Positions 49,459-62,049 of a stretch of DNA of 64,000 nt are shown in pieces; position 1 is the stretch's first letter; the number at the start of each line of letters is the position of its first letter. Position numbers and translations under genes: made by a program. The stretch is from NCBI GenBank assembly GCA_036172245.1, contig JAYWIR010000034.1, positions 806,001-870,000 of the forward strand. Reading direction: 5' to 3'. The DNA comes from Raillietiella orientalis. Lineage: Eukaryota. The notes under the pieces are model-generated. The model had not been told where the DNA came from. It made no database searches and saw nothing but the letters and a program-made list of their open reading frames with translations.

Positions 49459-49766
49459 ATGGCCCTGCCGCTGCTGCTGCTGCTCTCCCGCAGGGTATCG
49501 TGGTGCCTCCCCGGTTCCTATGGGAACATGCTGAATCTGAGGAAGTTCGCCCTATTCGGGAGAGAGAGAAAAAGTTTTCGGAGTACTTTCGGTGGTCAAC
49601 ACGTTCAGTCTGTAAAAGAAAATTCTGCAATGGAGAGCTACACTCGTCATTCGACACAGTTCATATCAAGCCAAACACTAAGTAAATTACGAGGATATCG
49701 ATGCAAGTACTCAAAACGAAGCACACGGGAACAGTTCTTTGATGATTGGAAGATGGACCCAGCAAC
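49459..49766 (+). CDS. Candidate first coding exon of RAD54B
   Basis: Open frame from ATG 49459 (or 49528/49753) ends AC|GTGAAA in phase 2, matching the phase of the acceptor at 50177. The donor is weak and I recognise no homology. Confidence 0.35.
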
Positions 49767-50177
49767 GTGAAAGTGTATTGAAAGTAAATAGTGGTGCTGC
49801 GTAAAATTTCGAGACGGTAATGCAAGCGTTGTTTAGAAGATCCGCCTTTTCCTCAAATCGCAGGAAGTGGTGAACTGGAGAAGGGTGTTCCGTTTTTGAT
49901 CAAATCACAGGGCATCCACAATAATCTCAAGTAGCCACCAAAGACGATTTTTTTTAGGAACCACCATTTTCCCTATGCGTTCACTTTGCCATCTTCTCTC
50001 CGTTTTCCCTTTCCATCATTTAGCCATAACTTCTAACTGCCATTGCAAGCACTGCTCCATTTCTTATGTAGCCTTGTTCGATAAATTTGGGCCATTTTCT
50101 AATCTAACCTTAGCTGTTTTTAAAGATTCGTAATTTTAGCTGGGATTTACGTTTTTTTTTTTTTTTATTCTATCCAG

Positions 50178-53100
50178 ACGATACTCAGTTTTATGGACGA
50201 AACCAACGACGAGGAAGCACATTACATGGAATGGTGATGGTATCCTCCTACTCAATGGGCAGTCAGCGACTTTGTTTGTAAGATTTCTGAGTATCTGTAT
50301 GTGTGCATTCAATGCTTCAGGATGCCGAAAAAAATGTCAAAATAAGCACTGCGCGTCTGACCCTCAAAGAAACTGAAAACCTATCTGATGGTGTCGTACT
50401 CAACCTTGGTGCCAAGTTGGTGCAGATCTGTTATGAACTGCAAGGTCACGCCGAAACAGAGACGACAAGAGTCGAACATCCACAGCCTCAACCAAAGCTC
50501 AAGCCCAAATTAAGCAGGCTGAACAGCACCAGTGAAAAGTTCATCTTGCCTCATCCAGAGCCTGCTCATCAGGTGCATAATTAATCTCGCCATTTTTCAA
50601 CAGCTTACTGTAGCAGTGCCTGAGCGTATACGAAATTTGCGAGCTTTCCTATGTTGCTCATTGAAGCATTATGTAAGTTAAGTCTAATAATAAATTTGAT
50701 GACCATGAATGACATGCAAACTGGTTCATGCAGGTTCATTTCTCACTTATTTTATAGCCTTGTGTCAGCACTCGCGGTTCAAAAACTTTCGCATCATCTC
50801 AGATAATGGCCTGCTAATGTTATACTCGAGTGATTCCCACGCCTATAAGTACGATCCGGAAACCTGGGTTTCGAGTTGTTATAAGGCAAAATGTTTTCTG
50901 CACATTGGAGAATGTGTTGATGTGTTCACCCTCACCTCTTCACTTCATGTTCGCCGTTTTGATTGTAGCTGATGTTCAATACGAAATTGCTGCCGTTGAC
51001 CACCGTTTCCGTGAGCTCCCATCTGACCAAATACCTGCGGCCTCACCAGAAAGAAGGAATTGCATTTCTGTATCGATGTGTTCTGGGATATCAGTTGGTA
51101 GGTGGGAAGGAAATCTTTCACGGATCGATTCTTGCGGATGAAATGGGTCTCGGAAAAACACTGCAGTGTGTCGCCTTGATTCAGTAAGCGCTCTTTCGAC
51201 TGCGCACCCCACTTCCCCAATTGTAGCACCTTGCTGAAACAGGGGCCGTACGGAAACCTCCCGGTGCTACAGAAAATTCTTGTCGTGACCCCGGCAACGC
51301 TGCTGAAGAATTGGATGGCAGAATTCAAAAAATGGATCAAGTTTGATTGCATCAAGATCCATATGTTTGAGCAGGTGCAGTTCATGTTGTGCCAAGTGTT
51401 TGATCACATCGTTGTTTTCAGTCTTTCACGCGCTTCGGCGACTTCAACGTGTTGCTTATTTCCTACGATATGCTGCTAAGATACTTCCAGAGGATAGTCG
51501 AGAACGTAAAAGTCGATCTCCTCATCTTTGATGAAGGGCATCGCTTAAAAAATTCACAGTCCAAAACCTACAAAGTAAGTTCAAGTGAGGTGTGTGCTTT
51601 CCCGTGATTTGTCTGTCCAAGCGTGAATGGATTCTGGAAAAGCTCATTCAGGAGTCCACCCTTTCGGGCTGTCGGTTTGCAAATCGAACCTTAGGATGAC
51701 GATAAGAATGAAGCGATTCAGTTTGATGAAGTTTCGGACTCGTGTCTTTACGTATAAAGGCGTCGAGCCGGAAAAGTGTAAGATTCTAAAAACAGAAAGT
51801 TGGGGAATCATTTCGGATCAAAGAACATTTCCATGCCTTACTTTGCATTAAGTGTTGCTCAGCAAAAGTAAGGCTTGGAAAATTTGAGGAAACGTCATCA
51901 ACACTGAGCAAATTTAAACGCAAGCAAAGCACATATATATATATATATATATATTCTTGCCTTGAACGGCTGTCCAAAGTCTAAAAAGTTTGTCTAGGTT
52001 TGGGTTTTCAACGCAGCAGCTCTCTGTGAATTTAGATTGGGTTAGGTCATGACTTAAAATGCGTGACAGTAGGGAGACAGAGATGTACTCACCTATGAAT
52101 GTGTACATGGGCATGTCTGCGCACTTTGATTTGGACTTTGTCATAGATGTGTGCAGAATTTCGTCTCTGTGTTTTTTGTAGTAGGATTGCAAAAGACCGT
52201 GAAATGGCGAAAAGCGAGCCGGCTTATTGGGGTCAAGCGATGCCATGACAAGGAATGCTGCAGGTAAACTACAAACACCAGCGCTCATCTGCTCTCGTGG
52301 TGGCCGTGAAATCGTAAAAAGCGAGACCAAAAGCAAGATAAAAACTGGTATATCTCTTGCTTTTTTTTTTTTTTTTTCTTTTTCTGACGATCTTTCCATT
52401 CCGATTTCACGGAAGCTCTTAGTATTATACTCTTCCTGAAAGTTATCTCAGATTGTTCTTGTAAATACAAGATCTCGAATAATGGAAATCATTGGGAATG
52501 CATGATTCTGTCCAGTTATGTTTGGAAAAATCCCTGAGAATGCTTGGGGATTGAGTCTGATGCTTTGCTCAGTTCCTCATGGAGAGAAATGGGAAGCTTT
52601 CGAGTGGGGATTAAGAATTATTCTGGACGAGCGTAACGAGCTGCTGGTAAACCTTTTTCTCGCCTTGAAATGGCCGAAGTTCGAGACTCTCAATTACACT
52701 GGTGAAAGAGCTGAAAACTGCGGAGATGCAAACGCTTTTCAGTGTCACGGAAGTATTCGCATCTCTGCATCCGAGAATTCAGAAGGCAGAACGAAGATTC
52801 GTATCAGCCGAGGAGAGCAAATCATCACAATTGCATGGCTTCCTCGAAGAGATACGATTCAGTTTGTTTTGCTCGCCCCTGGCACCATACGATGCGTGCT
52901 TTCGTATTTTTTTCTGTTGCCGTGAGATTTGGGATACGACGTAATACGAAATCAACTGGGAATTTGCGGCTGGAAAGGGATGCGACGCCTCGCAAGTGTT
53001 GCCTATGTTTCGTTCGTTAGGGAGATGAGGCATCTCATCCATATGCATCCAGTTTGATTAGGGCTGCGTGATTCTGATCTGCCAAAACTCTTCCTTTCGA

Positions 53101-55578
53101 TTTTTCTCTTTTCTGTTCTTCCAAGACCTCGGCGTGAGACACCCAAACTTGAGCTCATTGCAGTATGAGGCTTGCGTGTTGCGGTCTTTGCCAGTGACGT
53201 ACGATTTCTGTTGCCACAACTTGCATTCCGTTCGGAATTCCTTAGCGTTTGCTATGAAATTGCTTTCCTTAGGATGTCAAAGTTTCGCGTGTAGTTTCTA
53301 AAAAGTATATGGCATTTTTCGATCGTGCTACAAGTCCTGTTTGCTTGTCCCTCCTATCTGCTGAGAGGAGGAACCAAACGATATCTGGAGAAGCATTTGA
53401 TCTCAGTGAAGTAGCCTCGGGCACTTTCGATTGTCGTTACCTTCGAGTTGCATGGATTGTGATTTATGGCCTGCATGGTGATTTGCAACGTTAAGGTCGT
53501 CTCTCATTACTGAGGTCCTGTTCGGTCGGGTCCTCTTCAGGATTGTGGTCGGCAGGATGCTGTTGCCAGGTTCCCACTGATTCCATATGCTCCTTCTTCA
53601 TTCCATTGTGTTCAAACAGAATCAGCATTGCCCCTACGTCTAGGTTGAGATTGTCACCGATTTCAATCTGTTGCTACCTGGAAAAACGATTGCAATCTTC
53701 TCGCAGCTCGTGTCGCTTTTTACAGAAGTGACCATGACTCGTTAACGTCTGTGATTCATTTATTCACCAAGCATTTGCAGGAAAGAAGAACTTAGGCTAC
53801 CCAAGTAAGGAAAGATGGTCCCGGAAGATGGTTGATAATTACATAAAGGTTTCGTCCGAAAGTGCAAATGTAAATAATAGGCGGATAATGAATCATACTT
53901 TATTGATTCCTGGGGAGAACAGTTGCCAGAAACCATTAAAATTGTTCATTCTAGGTAATTAAGTGGTTTTACAAATTGATTGCACACCTGGATTATTGGG
54001 GGGGGGGAGGTAAAAAGATACCTTATGAGTACATTCTTCGGCATTGATAGCCGATTCATTACCGTGTGTTCCAACGCATTTACGAATTTCGAAGGAAATA
54101 TTCAAAGTCGATGTATAATAAACTCGTTGGACTTTTCCATTACCTGATAGTTGTTTTGATTCCAGATGTTGTGTAGCTTTCCATGTGTCCGAAGGATTAT
54201 CTTGACAGGCACCCCTCTTCAGAACAATCTATCAGAATACACAGCTCTCATAAACTTTGTAAACCCTAACATTTTAGGATCCGATTATGGTAGCAGTATG
54301 CGTAATAGGATGTGCCATCAGTGTATTCTAGAATCCGAGTTGCAAGGAAATGACGATGTGCTTCCATCCGAGGTTACGTCCGTTTTTATTCTTCGGCGTA
54401 CTCAAGAGGTCGTAGGGAAATACCTCTCTCCCAAATCTGAGTATATCGTATTCTGCAAAGCGACTTCCCTCCAAGTAAGGGCGAGGATCGAAATGTTCCA
54501 ACTGCTTAGATCCGACCAGACTGCAACTTACAACGAATATTTGGAGCGCGAAGAAGAGTGCTCCCTCGCACACCAAGGTCGGGCCTTCAGTACCATTTCG
54601 ACTCTTCGGAAAATCTGCAATCACCCGGCGTTCGTATTAGGAGGATTGGTTGGTTATTCATGGCGCACATAGGGCCTTGTATTTTTCCTTCCTCAGTTTG
54701 CGGCTGAAGATTCAGGGAAGTGGCAGATCATCAGAGATCTACTGGCCTCGTTTGTGAAATATGAAAATGAGAAGTCAGTTGTCGTCTCCCATTTCACCGA
54801 AGTGTTAGACTCTGTTCAGGATCTCTGCCTGGAATTAAACGTGAAATGGCTCAGACTGGACGGAAACACTTCTCTGTCACAGAGGCAGAAGTTGGTGGAT
54901 CGTTTCAATGATGCGCGGTCTTCGGAGAGTAAGCTCAGACGCGGCAGATGAATCTTAGCCAAAAGTGCGCATTTATCAGGAGTATTTTTTCTTAGTGCAA
55001 AGGCCGGAGGTCTTGGATTGAATCTCATTGGGGCATCTAGACTGATCCTCGTTGATTTGGACTGGAATCCAGCTACGGACCTGCAAGCCCTCAGTCGCAT
55101 TTGGAGAGACGGGCAGAAAAAACAAGTGCATCTGTATAGATTAGTCACCTCTGGGTCGATCGAAGAGACAATGCTGTGGAAACAGATGAGCAAGTCTCAG
55201 TTGAGCTGCTCAGTGATTGATCAGGATGGTTCCCTGTGCCCTCCTGACTCCGAACAGCTTAAGGTACGAGCAGCGCCCGTTTCCATGAGAAAAACTTGTA
55301 CGTAGGAGATATTCGCTCCTCTCACCCCTGAAAGAAGCGTAATCCAGTCGATCGTTTCATCTAGAGAGGAAGCTGCCCACCCAGATGAAGAAGAGGAACC
55401 CTGGGGAGAGTTCCATCTTTTTGGCAACCTAGACCCGAAGAAGCAAAAGAAAGCTGGTGTGAACGAGTTGTTGAATTGGGAGTATTTCGAGTTCCCCTTA
55501 GTCGAGAGCATCCAGGATAGTCACCTGGAAAAATGTTCGCTGGTCTCATTCGTACTTAGGAATAAATTTTTCACGTGA
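50178..55578 (+). CDS. RAD54B: RAD54B-like SNF2 DNA repair/recombination helicase; join(50178-50277, 50321-50572, 50969-51183, 51227-51374, 51422-51574, 54166-54474, 54520-54648, 54697-54928, 54980-55263, 55306-55578); first exon uncertain
   Basis: N-terminal [22 protein letters not shown] (RAD54B/Rdh54-type), [103 protein letters not shown]. All introns GT-AG and frame-consistent. Confidence 0.93.
51933..51954. repeat. (AT)n microsatellite in RAD54B intron
   Basis: Uninterrupted run of about 11 AT dinucleotides. Confidence 0.9.
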
Positions 55579-58402
55579 AAGCGCATTTCCGAATCCATCT
55601 TGGCAAGATTCTGTAGATTCCGCATCTGCGGACAAGAAAATCGGGCAGTCCACGGTTCCCTTCATGCATGGATCAGGACGTGGTGTTGGCGCAGCTTGGT
55701 ACGGGAGTGCTTGATTTTATTCGTCGCCCTTGAAGCGTTACTGGAAACTATGGATGGAATCGCAATGAAAGGTGGTGGCATAAGTTTTGCGAAATTATCT
55801 GGGCAACCAATGCGGCTCCACCACCACAGGATATTCCGATTGATAAGAACCGTTCTGCTCCGTTTGAATGCCATGGTCTTACGAAAACAGAATGGTTTTC
55901 TTTCCTTTTTCTTCTGTTTTTCGACCTCATCCTCGTTCCTACTATCTTGGACACCATCGTCTGATGGGAGGCAAAAGCAGAGGCAGAAACGTTGCTTAAG
56001 AATACTGCAGAGTTCTGCGAAGGGTTCATTTGAGTTTTGTTTGAGGCATTTTCGTTTTTTAAGTTGCGCGCAACGTTGGCTGCTGCTGCGTTCAGAATGA
56101 TTTGGTTGCTAACATAAAATTGTCTCTCGACAGTCCAGTTCGTCGCTTATTCTCTGCTTCGAAAGTCGGGACCTGCTAATAACGAGCTTTCACCACCTTT
56201 TTTTCTATGACCTTTTGGTCACTGTTTCCAAAAGGGTTCACAGCTACAGTTCTTTTCAAAAGAGTGTCCAAATAAGTGTTTCACGTGAAAGTGATAACTT
56301 TCACGATAAGATCTGCCGAATTTCTGTAGATTCTGAAGAGGCATACTTGTTGTGGAGGACATTTTTTTTTTTTTCTTCTCCTAGACGAGTGCAACTTTGT
56401 TCGACTCCTGCCTACTCTTAAGCTGTTGTCTCTGAATGTATTTTGCCTGCCGTTAAGATGGAACTGCAAACTAGATCTCGGCAGATGAGGACGGACGATC
56501 ACTGGAATAAGCTCGTTCAAGCAGCCCTGCTGATCAGACTGCGCGCGCACGCAAAACCGGACTGAGGTGTGCCTTGCAATCTCCCTCTTTGAGTAGGCAC
56601 GCCTGGAAGGTGCCTTCTTCATCGAGCCTTCTAACTATGTACTTCGGCGCGTCATGAAGTCGAATTTCGTTCATATCGTCCCTCACTTTTCCTCACGTTG
56701 ATGATCATTATGCAGCATCTCGTTCTCCAATTTGGTTGTCATTTGATCTCCTTACCGACTGGGGCAGAAGCCTCGAAAACAAATAACCACCATCTTTTGG
56801 ATTCAGCTTTATGAAGACAGAAGGGGCAGTATTTCCTGAACACAGGACTCGAGCAAGCATTTTGTTGTTTCGGTTGCATGTGTAGGTCTGCAGACGATCC
56901 CGGAAAGTCTTAGTCTATATAAAAACAATTGGTATTGGCAATCTTCGCATTTTGCAGGAGGAAACTTTGAAATAGTGTCAAGAAATAAAAGTAGTCTTGA
57001 TGGAAGCGGCAATCAGAATTGCCTACTTGAGAGCAGCAGAGCGGCATTCTTAGTCTTGTGCATGCATCACTGCTCGATTTCCTGAAGAAAATGTTCATTT
57101 ATCGACGTTCCTCCAGATAGGTGTTCTCATCTACCTTTGAATCTAGAGAATGCTCTGCCTCTCTTCACCCTCTTAGCTGTCAAGAGTGCATCTACAAAGA
57201 AACATTCCCTTGCCTATGAACTCTAGCATTCATGGTCCGGAAGCTAGTTTAGCAGCAAAATTGGGAGAAGGGAATACCGTGGTACGTGGTGCGCTCCGAT
57301 TTCAGTGCCATGAAGTCATTTTCATAAATTATTGCTCTCTCGTTTTTGAACTCGCTTATTTGGCACAATCCTTTTCCTGTGTTTCTGTTTGTGAGGTCAT
57401 GTTCCTCGTCCTCTATTAGACCGTTGGCCCCACGGATGGCGGTTGACTTGCGCTCTACGCATAGTTCTCATGGGACTCTGAATCAAAACTCCAGAAAATA
57501 ATTGGTTTGTACGAGACTTTGGATGCTCAAGCGTAGAAATTTTGGAGTTACCAATATGTTTTCCACCAGGAGTGAGGAGAATGCTCGACATTTCTGGCTT
57601 CCTTAACCGGAAGAGTGGAGCTAGCGATGGTCGCCTAGGTATCTTGTTACGTATTGAATAGACTCGTACTATTATACGGGCTGTTAATTCGGCATATGAA
57701 CTTTCAAAATGGCCTAATTCCCGTGTCGAGGACGGGAATTAGGGCTTAATGCCTATAACGCTAGCTATAGACCTTAAGTGATACCGGTAAAAGCCAATTC
57801 TTGTGTACAACCGGACTTTCTTTAATGATTCCTCAATTGAGCGGTTATTTTCTTCCTTCATTTAACAGACCTAGTGGTGATCTACCTACGTTCTGGTCCA
57901 TTGTGCGTGAAGCGTCTTTGCCTTTTAAAGGAGACAATAGTGAGGGCAGACTTATTCTATCAAGCCCAATGATACTTGTGGGTAAGTACCTCGACAGTTC
58001 CTGTCGCTGTCAAGTCGCGCGATCGATTCGTTTGTTACTTCGGAGCGTCGAAAGTCATTGCTCCTGATGAAAGCTGACCAGGGCCGCATAATCGAATGGG
58101 TTGGCCTTCATAGGACCTTTAATGTCTTTTCTCCCCTTCTGCGACGGTCTGCGATTTTCCGACTGGAGCTAGACTTTGTCAACTAGTTTTGAAAGACAAC
58201 TGCAAACGTCAAGGGTTTCATAAGAACTTGTCTAGCTTGTGGTCATATGAGACTCTTGCACATGTTCTTTTCCATTAACCTATCCATCTTACGGCACTCT
58301 TTACCCACAAACATGATAGGTTGGTTGACTTCGTTCCCTTGTCTAGCCGATTGGGTTATGGAATAGTCGTCCTACCCATACCTACTGCTCTTCGGCCGAG
58401 TA

Positions 58403-58900
58403 TCATACTGCAAGCTGTCTACTAGCCATACTGGTGTAGCTATTCCTTTTGAGAACCGTTTGAACAAGCCAGTGAGACAAGGCATCGTAAATACTCATTT
58501 CTGACATGCTCAGCATGGAAGCAAAAACCAGAAAGTGTTGAAGGGCGCAATCACTGTAGGCTTTCTTGGTTCTTGGGATCCACATAACCATCCAACATTT
58601 GGGATCTGTGGCCTTACCACCTCTCAAATCGAATTCCTGAGTGCAAGCCCAATAGTGGAGACAATCAAGTGTTCTCAAAATATTTACTTCTTCCACATTT
58701 GGTGGCAAAGCATGCAGGGAGAGGGATCCATCAATCCCCTAATAAATAAATCAGCAAATACTGTCCTTGCTGAAATCACTGGTCTTATGATCCATAACCT
58801 CCTCCAGACGCGGTTCCGATATAGCAATGAAGCTCTTGCAGCTGTTCAGGATGAACTTAGCATGTTGTCCCAGATGCGACGAACTTTCCGTTTGTGCATG
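58403..58900 (-). mobile_element. Degraded L1-like ORF2 C-terminal remnant
   Basis: Frameshifted 'PCMLCH../..EEVNILRTLDCL..WA', resembling the CxxC..ET..H...C..W zinc region. Confidence 0.3.
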
Positions 58901-60289
58901 TGTTCTGTAGTTTCCTTGCCCCCCTCCCCCAGCTATTTTCGAAATTCTATCATCATCAAAGCGAAAATAAAGTTTTTCAATGTCAATTTTAGTCTTCCCA
59001 ACTTAAAACCAATTGCCTTCCCAGTTGTGTGATCCAAGTGAAAGAGGTTTAAAAACTTCATTTTCAAAAAGAAATAACAAACTGTTTCCAATGTTGCAAT
59101 CTTTTAAGGATTTTCAGATCTTATTGCCTACTCTAAAAGTTTATTGTGTCCCTGATACGAATGTCTCTAATAAAGCTAAAATCAATTAGCTCCTTCTGTT
59201 TAGCATACGGTCACTATTATGACTGAAAGCCTTAACAAAACAGTTGTTTTGTCTTGCAGTTTTTATCTCGACGCCTTGATTTAAAAACGGATTGTAATAT
59301 TTATCGCACAGTGTATTTAAAAAAACAACTGAGTGTACAGTGATATTTGCAATCAAAAGTGCATATACGAGGCTCATCTCAAAAGTAAGGGACGATAGCG
59401 TATAAAGAAAGAACGAACAAGCGAAACAAAATGTATTCGTGGTTCTAAACACATACATCCCCATTTCACTTTTCTACGTAGTCACCATTTTTTTTTTCCA
59501 AACACTTTTGGTACCGTGGAAGGAGCTTTTTGAAACCCCTCTGCATGAAGTTCCGTCGCCTGGGAGTTGTTCTGCCAGTTCAGCAGCAGTGCAGCTTTCA
59601 ACTCCTCACTTTCCTGAAATCGTCAAGATGCAAGTCACTTCTGGAGGTGCAGTAAGACGTGGCAGTCACTCGTGGTGGCGAGGTCAGGATTGTAAGGGAG
59701 ATGATCAAAAAGTTTCCATTCGAATTTCCGAATTGTCGAGAATGGGTGAACGGCATGCGTTGCCAAGATGCGCGTTGTCGTGGAGGAGAACAACCGTTCC
59801 TGATCTCAGCATTCCACGTCGTCGTTCTGAATGGCACGCCGCAGTCTTGAAAGTGTTTCACAGTAGAGTTACGGAGTGATGGTTGTTCCAGGCTCCATAA
59901 AGTCCACCCTTCGAAAGCACACCCTTTTGGTCCCGCACACTACCCCTGTTAAAACTTTACCCTGACCGGAGAATAACCGCAAGTGAAACGGATAGGACAG
60001 AGTGCTCTCTGAATTTAAAAGCCCGACATGAGGAAGAGCCATCCCCCGAATTTGTACAGGATCTAAGTACAATTCACCATTACGTCTGCGATGCTTTTGT
60101 GTACGTAGAATTGTCCCCAGCCCGACTAGCGGTGGGATAAATTAATTCGAACGACTTGCATACAAAGGCAATGAAAGACACAAATCACTAAAACCACATT
60201 CGTTTCCAGGCTTTGTCGTTCATTACACCGAATGTCACTTTTGTAGGTCAGATCCAGAGTTTCGTGTCGCCAGGGTCTGGTCAAAAGAG

Positions 60290-60864
60290 TATGTTGGGCG
60301 TTCTGCTCACCTGGGCAGTATTCTCATTCTCAAGATGTAAGAATATGTCCAAGCTGGAACTCGGCCACAGTTTTCGGGCAGTGCGCCCAGAGACGTTTTC
60401 CGGCTTCTCTTCGTGCGGGACGCCCTGGAGCCAGCCGCGGCCGTTGCAGCACTATGCTGCATCCGAGGCATCGTGGCGGCTTGGAGCGATGCCCACGACG
60501 AAGATAGCCACAACGAGAGGGACGTCATCCCATATGCACTTCGCTTCCTGAGGAGAGCTGCCGGATGGCCATCCGGCAGCTCTCCTCAGGTGGGTGGGAT
60601 GCGGATGGACATAAAGGGCATCCTGCGAAGGATGGGCCCTCCTCCAAGTGGACCGTGATCCCTTCCCCTCCCTCCAAACTCTTTTTGTTTTTTCTTTATT
60701 TTTATTTTTTTTTCTGTTTTCTCCCCCATCCCCTTCCACTGCCGAGGAGAGTCACGCCGGGCTGCGTCCCGGCGCCCCGGCAGGTCCGGTGTTGTGTGGC
60801 CGTTAGTGGGGCCTAGTACCACGTTTGTATACAGTTTTTAATAAACGCCCCGGGATTACCCGGG
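60290..60864 (+). mobile_element. L1/Tx1-like non-LTR 3' fragment (family copy D)
   Basis: ALCCIRGIVAAWS...RDVIPYALRFLRRAAGWP...DIKGILRRMG..* (stop 60656-60658), TCCCTTCC, T-rich tract, hairpins, AATAAA (60840-60845), CCCGGG-ATTA-CCCGGG. Confidence 0.75.
60547..60590. repeat. Perfect 44-bp spacerless palindrome
   Basis: CCTGAGGAGAGCTGCCGGATGG followed directly by its reverse complement CCATCCGGCAGCTCTCCTCAGG. Confidence 0.98.
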
Positions 60865-60879
60865 TGGCAACCACAGTTC

Positions 60880-61180
60880 GAATGCCGATCTACTTCTGAA
60901 TCTTTTCCTCTTAAGATCTCCATGGCAAGGGTAGATCTTGTTTTTTTCCTTCTTGTCGCAATGCTTGTGATGAAGAGCTCAGTCCTTGTTCTTACCATAG
61001 GATTGTATAAGTGAACATTGCCGTTCCCTTCGACCACTTCCTTCAAAATTTCCAATCTGTTCATTGTTCGCAGTCCCGTCACCTTGAGCTCTGTCCAGTC
61101 TTGGCACAGCGTGGGACAGGTGAGCACGTAAGGATGGAGCCAAGGAAGTCCCAGCTTCACATACCTTGCAGAAGACCATC
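60880..61180 (-). mobile_element. Probable non-LTR ORF1 (gag-like) fragment
   Basis: 'LPWLHPYV...VTGLRTMNRLEIL' resembles the RRM-like region of L1/Tx1-type ORF1 proteins. Confidence 0.35.
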
Positions 61181-61620
61181 CGAGGGCATTATTTGGACGT
61201 CTCTTCACTTGCGGCGGGATGTCGCCGGCCGCACCGTTCGCGGAATCGTATCGCTTAGAAGCCCCGACAACAGAGGCAGGTACTACAGGGAAACTGTCAT
61301 CTTCGTCTTCTCGCTCCTGAGGCTTGCGGCGAGATGGCCGCACTTAAGGCATAACCAGGAAGAACTTGTGGGCATCTTTAAGAGGCCGCTAGGGAACAAT
61401 CTGTGATCCTTTCCTTTCCTCCTCACTCTTCCAGACATTTTTTTGTTTGATATTTATTAACCTTTTTTTTGTTTATTCCCTTTCCCCCTAATTTCCCTTC
61501 GCGGATCTCTTCCAGCGACTGCTCCAAGCAGAGGACTCTTCCCGAACATGCGGAAGTAGTGGCATTGTACTGCTCCTACGCACCTTTATGAATGACTTAT
61601 TGTTAAAATTTATATATATA
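61180..61620 (+). mobile_element. L1/Tx1-like non-LTR 3' fragment (family copy E)
   Basis: VRGIVS...LLRLAARWPHLRHNQEELVGIFKR..* (stop 61404-61406), TCCTTTCC, T-rich tract, two hairpins; AATAAA and last hairpin absent. Confidence 0.65.
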
Positions 61621-62049
61621 TTTTTCTTACAATGGCATGAGCTGGTGAAAATGCAGAACCCGTCTGGACCGTCGCCTGTCCGATGTTTTTTTGTATTCTC
61701 GAACTAGTCAGGATTTCTCCGTGCTAAAACACAAGGAGGTCGTCCTGAGTGTCGTTGGTAGGCCGCTTCTAGCAGACTGTCTCTTTGACCGTCTGCAGGT
61801 TCATTTGGCAGATCCCGTAGCGTCTGGCAGTTGCGACAAGGACGTCGTGGTTTCCTTCTTTTGTGGAAACAAGTTCTAGTCTGAGTTCCATATGTTCTTC
61901 CTTTTTGTTTCAGCCCCCGCATGGCTCTGATTTTTCTACACTTCGCGTGTCATCTGGAACTCTCTACACTCTCCTGCTCCTCTGAATCATTTTATCGTAC
62001 TGGTACTAGTACTTCGAGAGGGAGCGCTCTTAGACGTTCAGCTTTAAGT

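Noticed and set aside
55600..57200. Possible convergent gene downstream of RAD54B
   Set aside because: Only short ORFs without recognisable motifs; no consistent splice model found.
23518..58075. CTGATGA hammerhead-core words (23518, 30513, 42918, 43712, 58064)
   Set aside because: None has a stem II followed by GAAA and closing stems.
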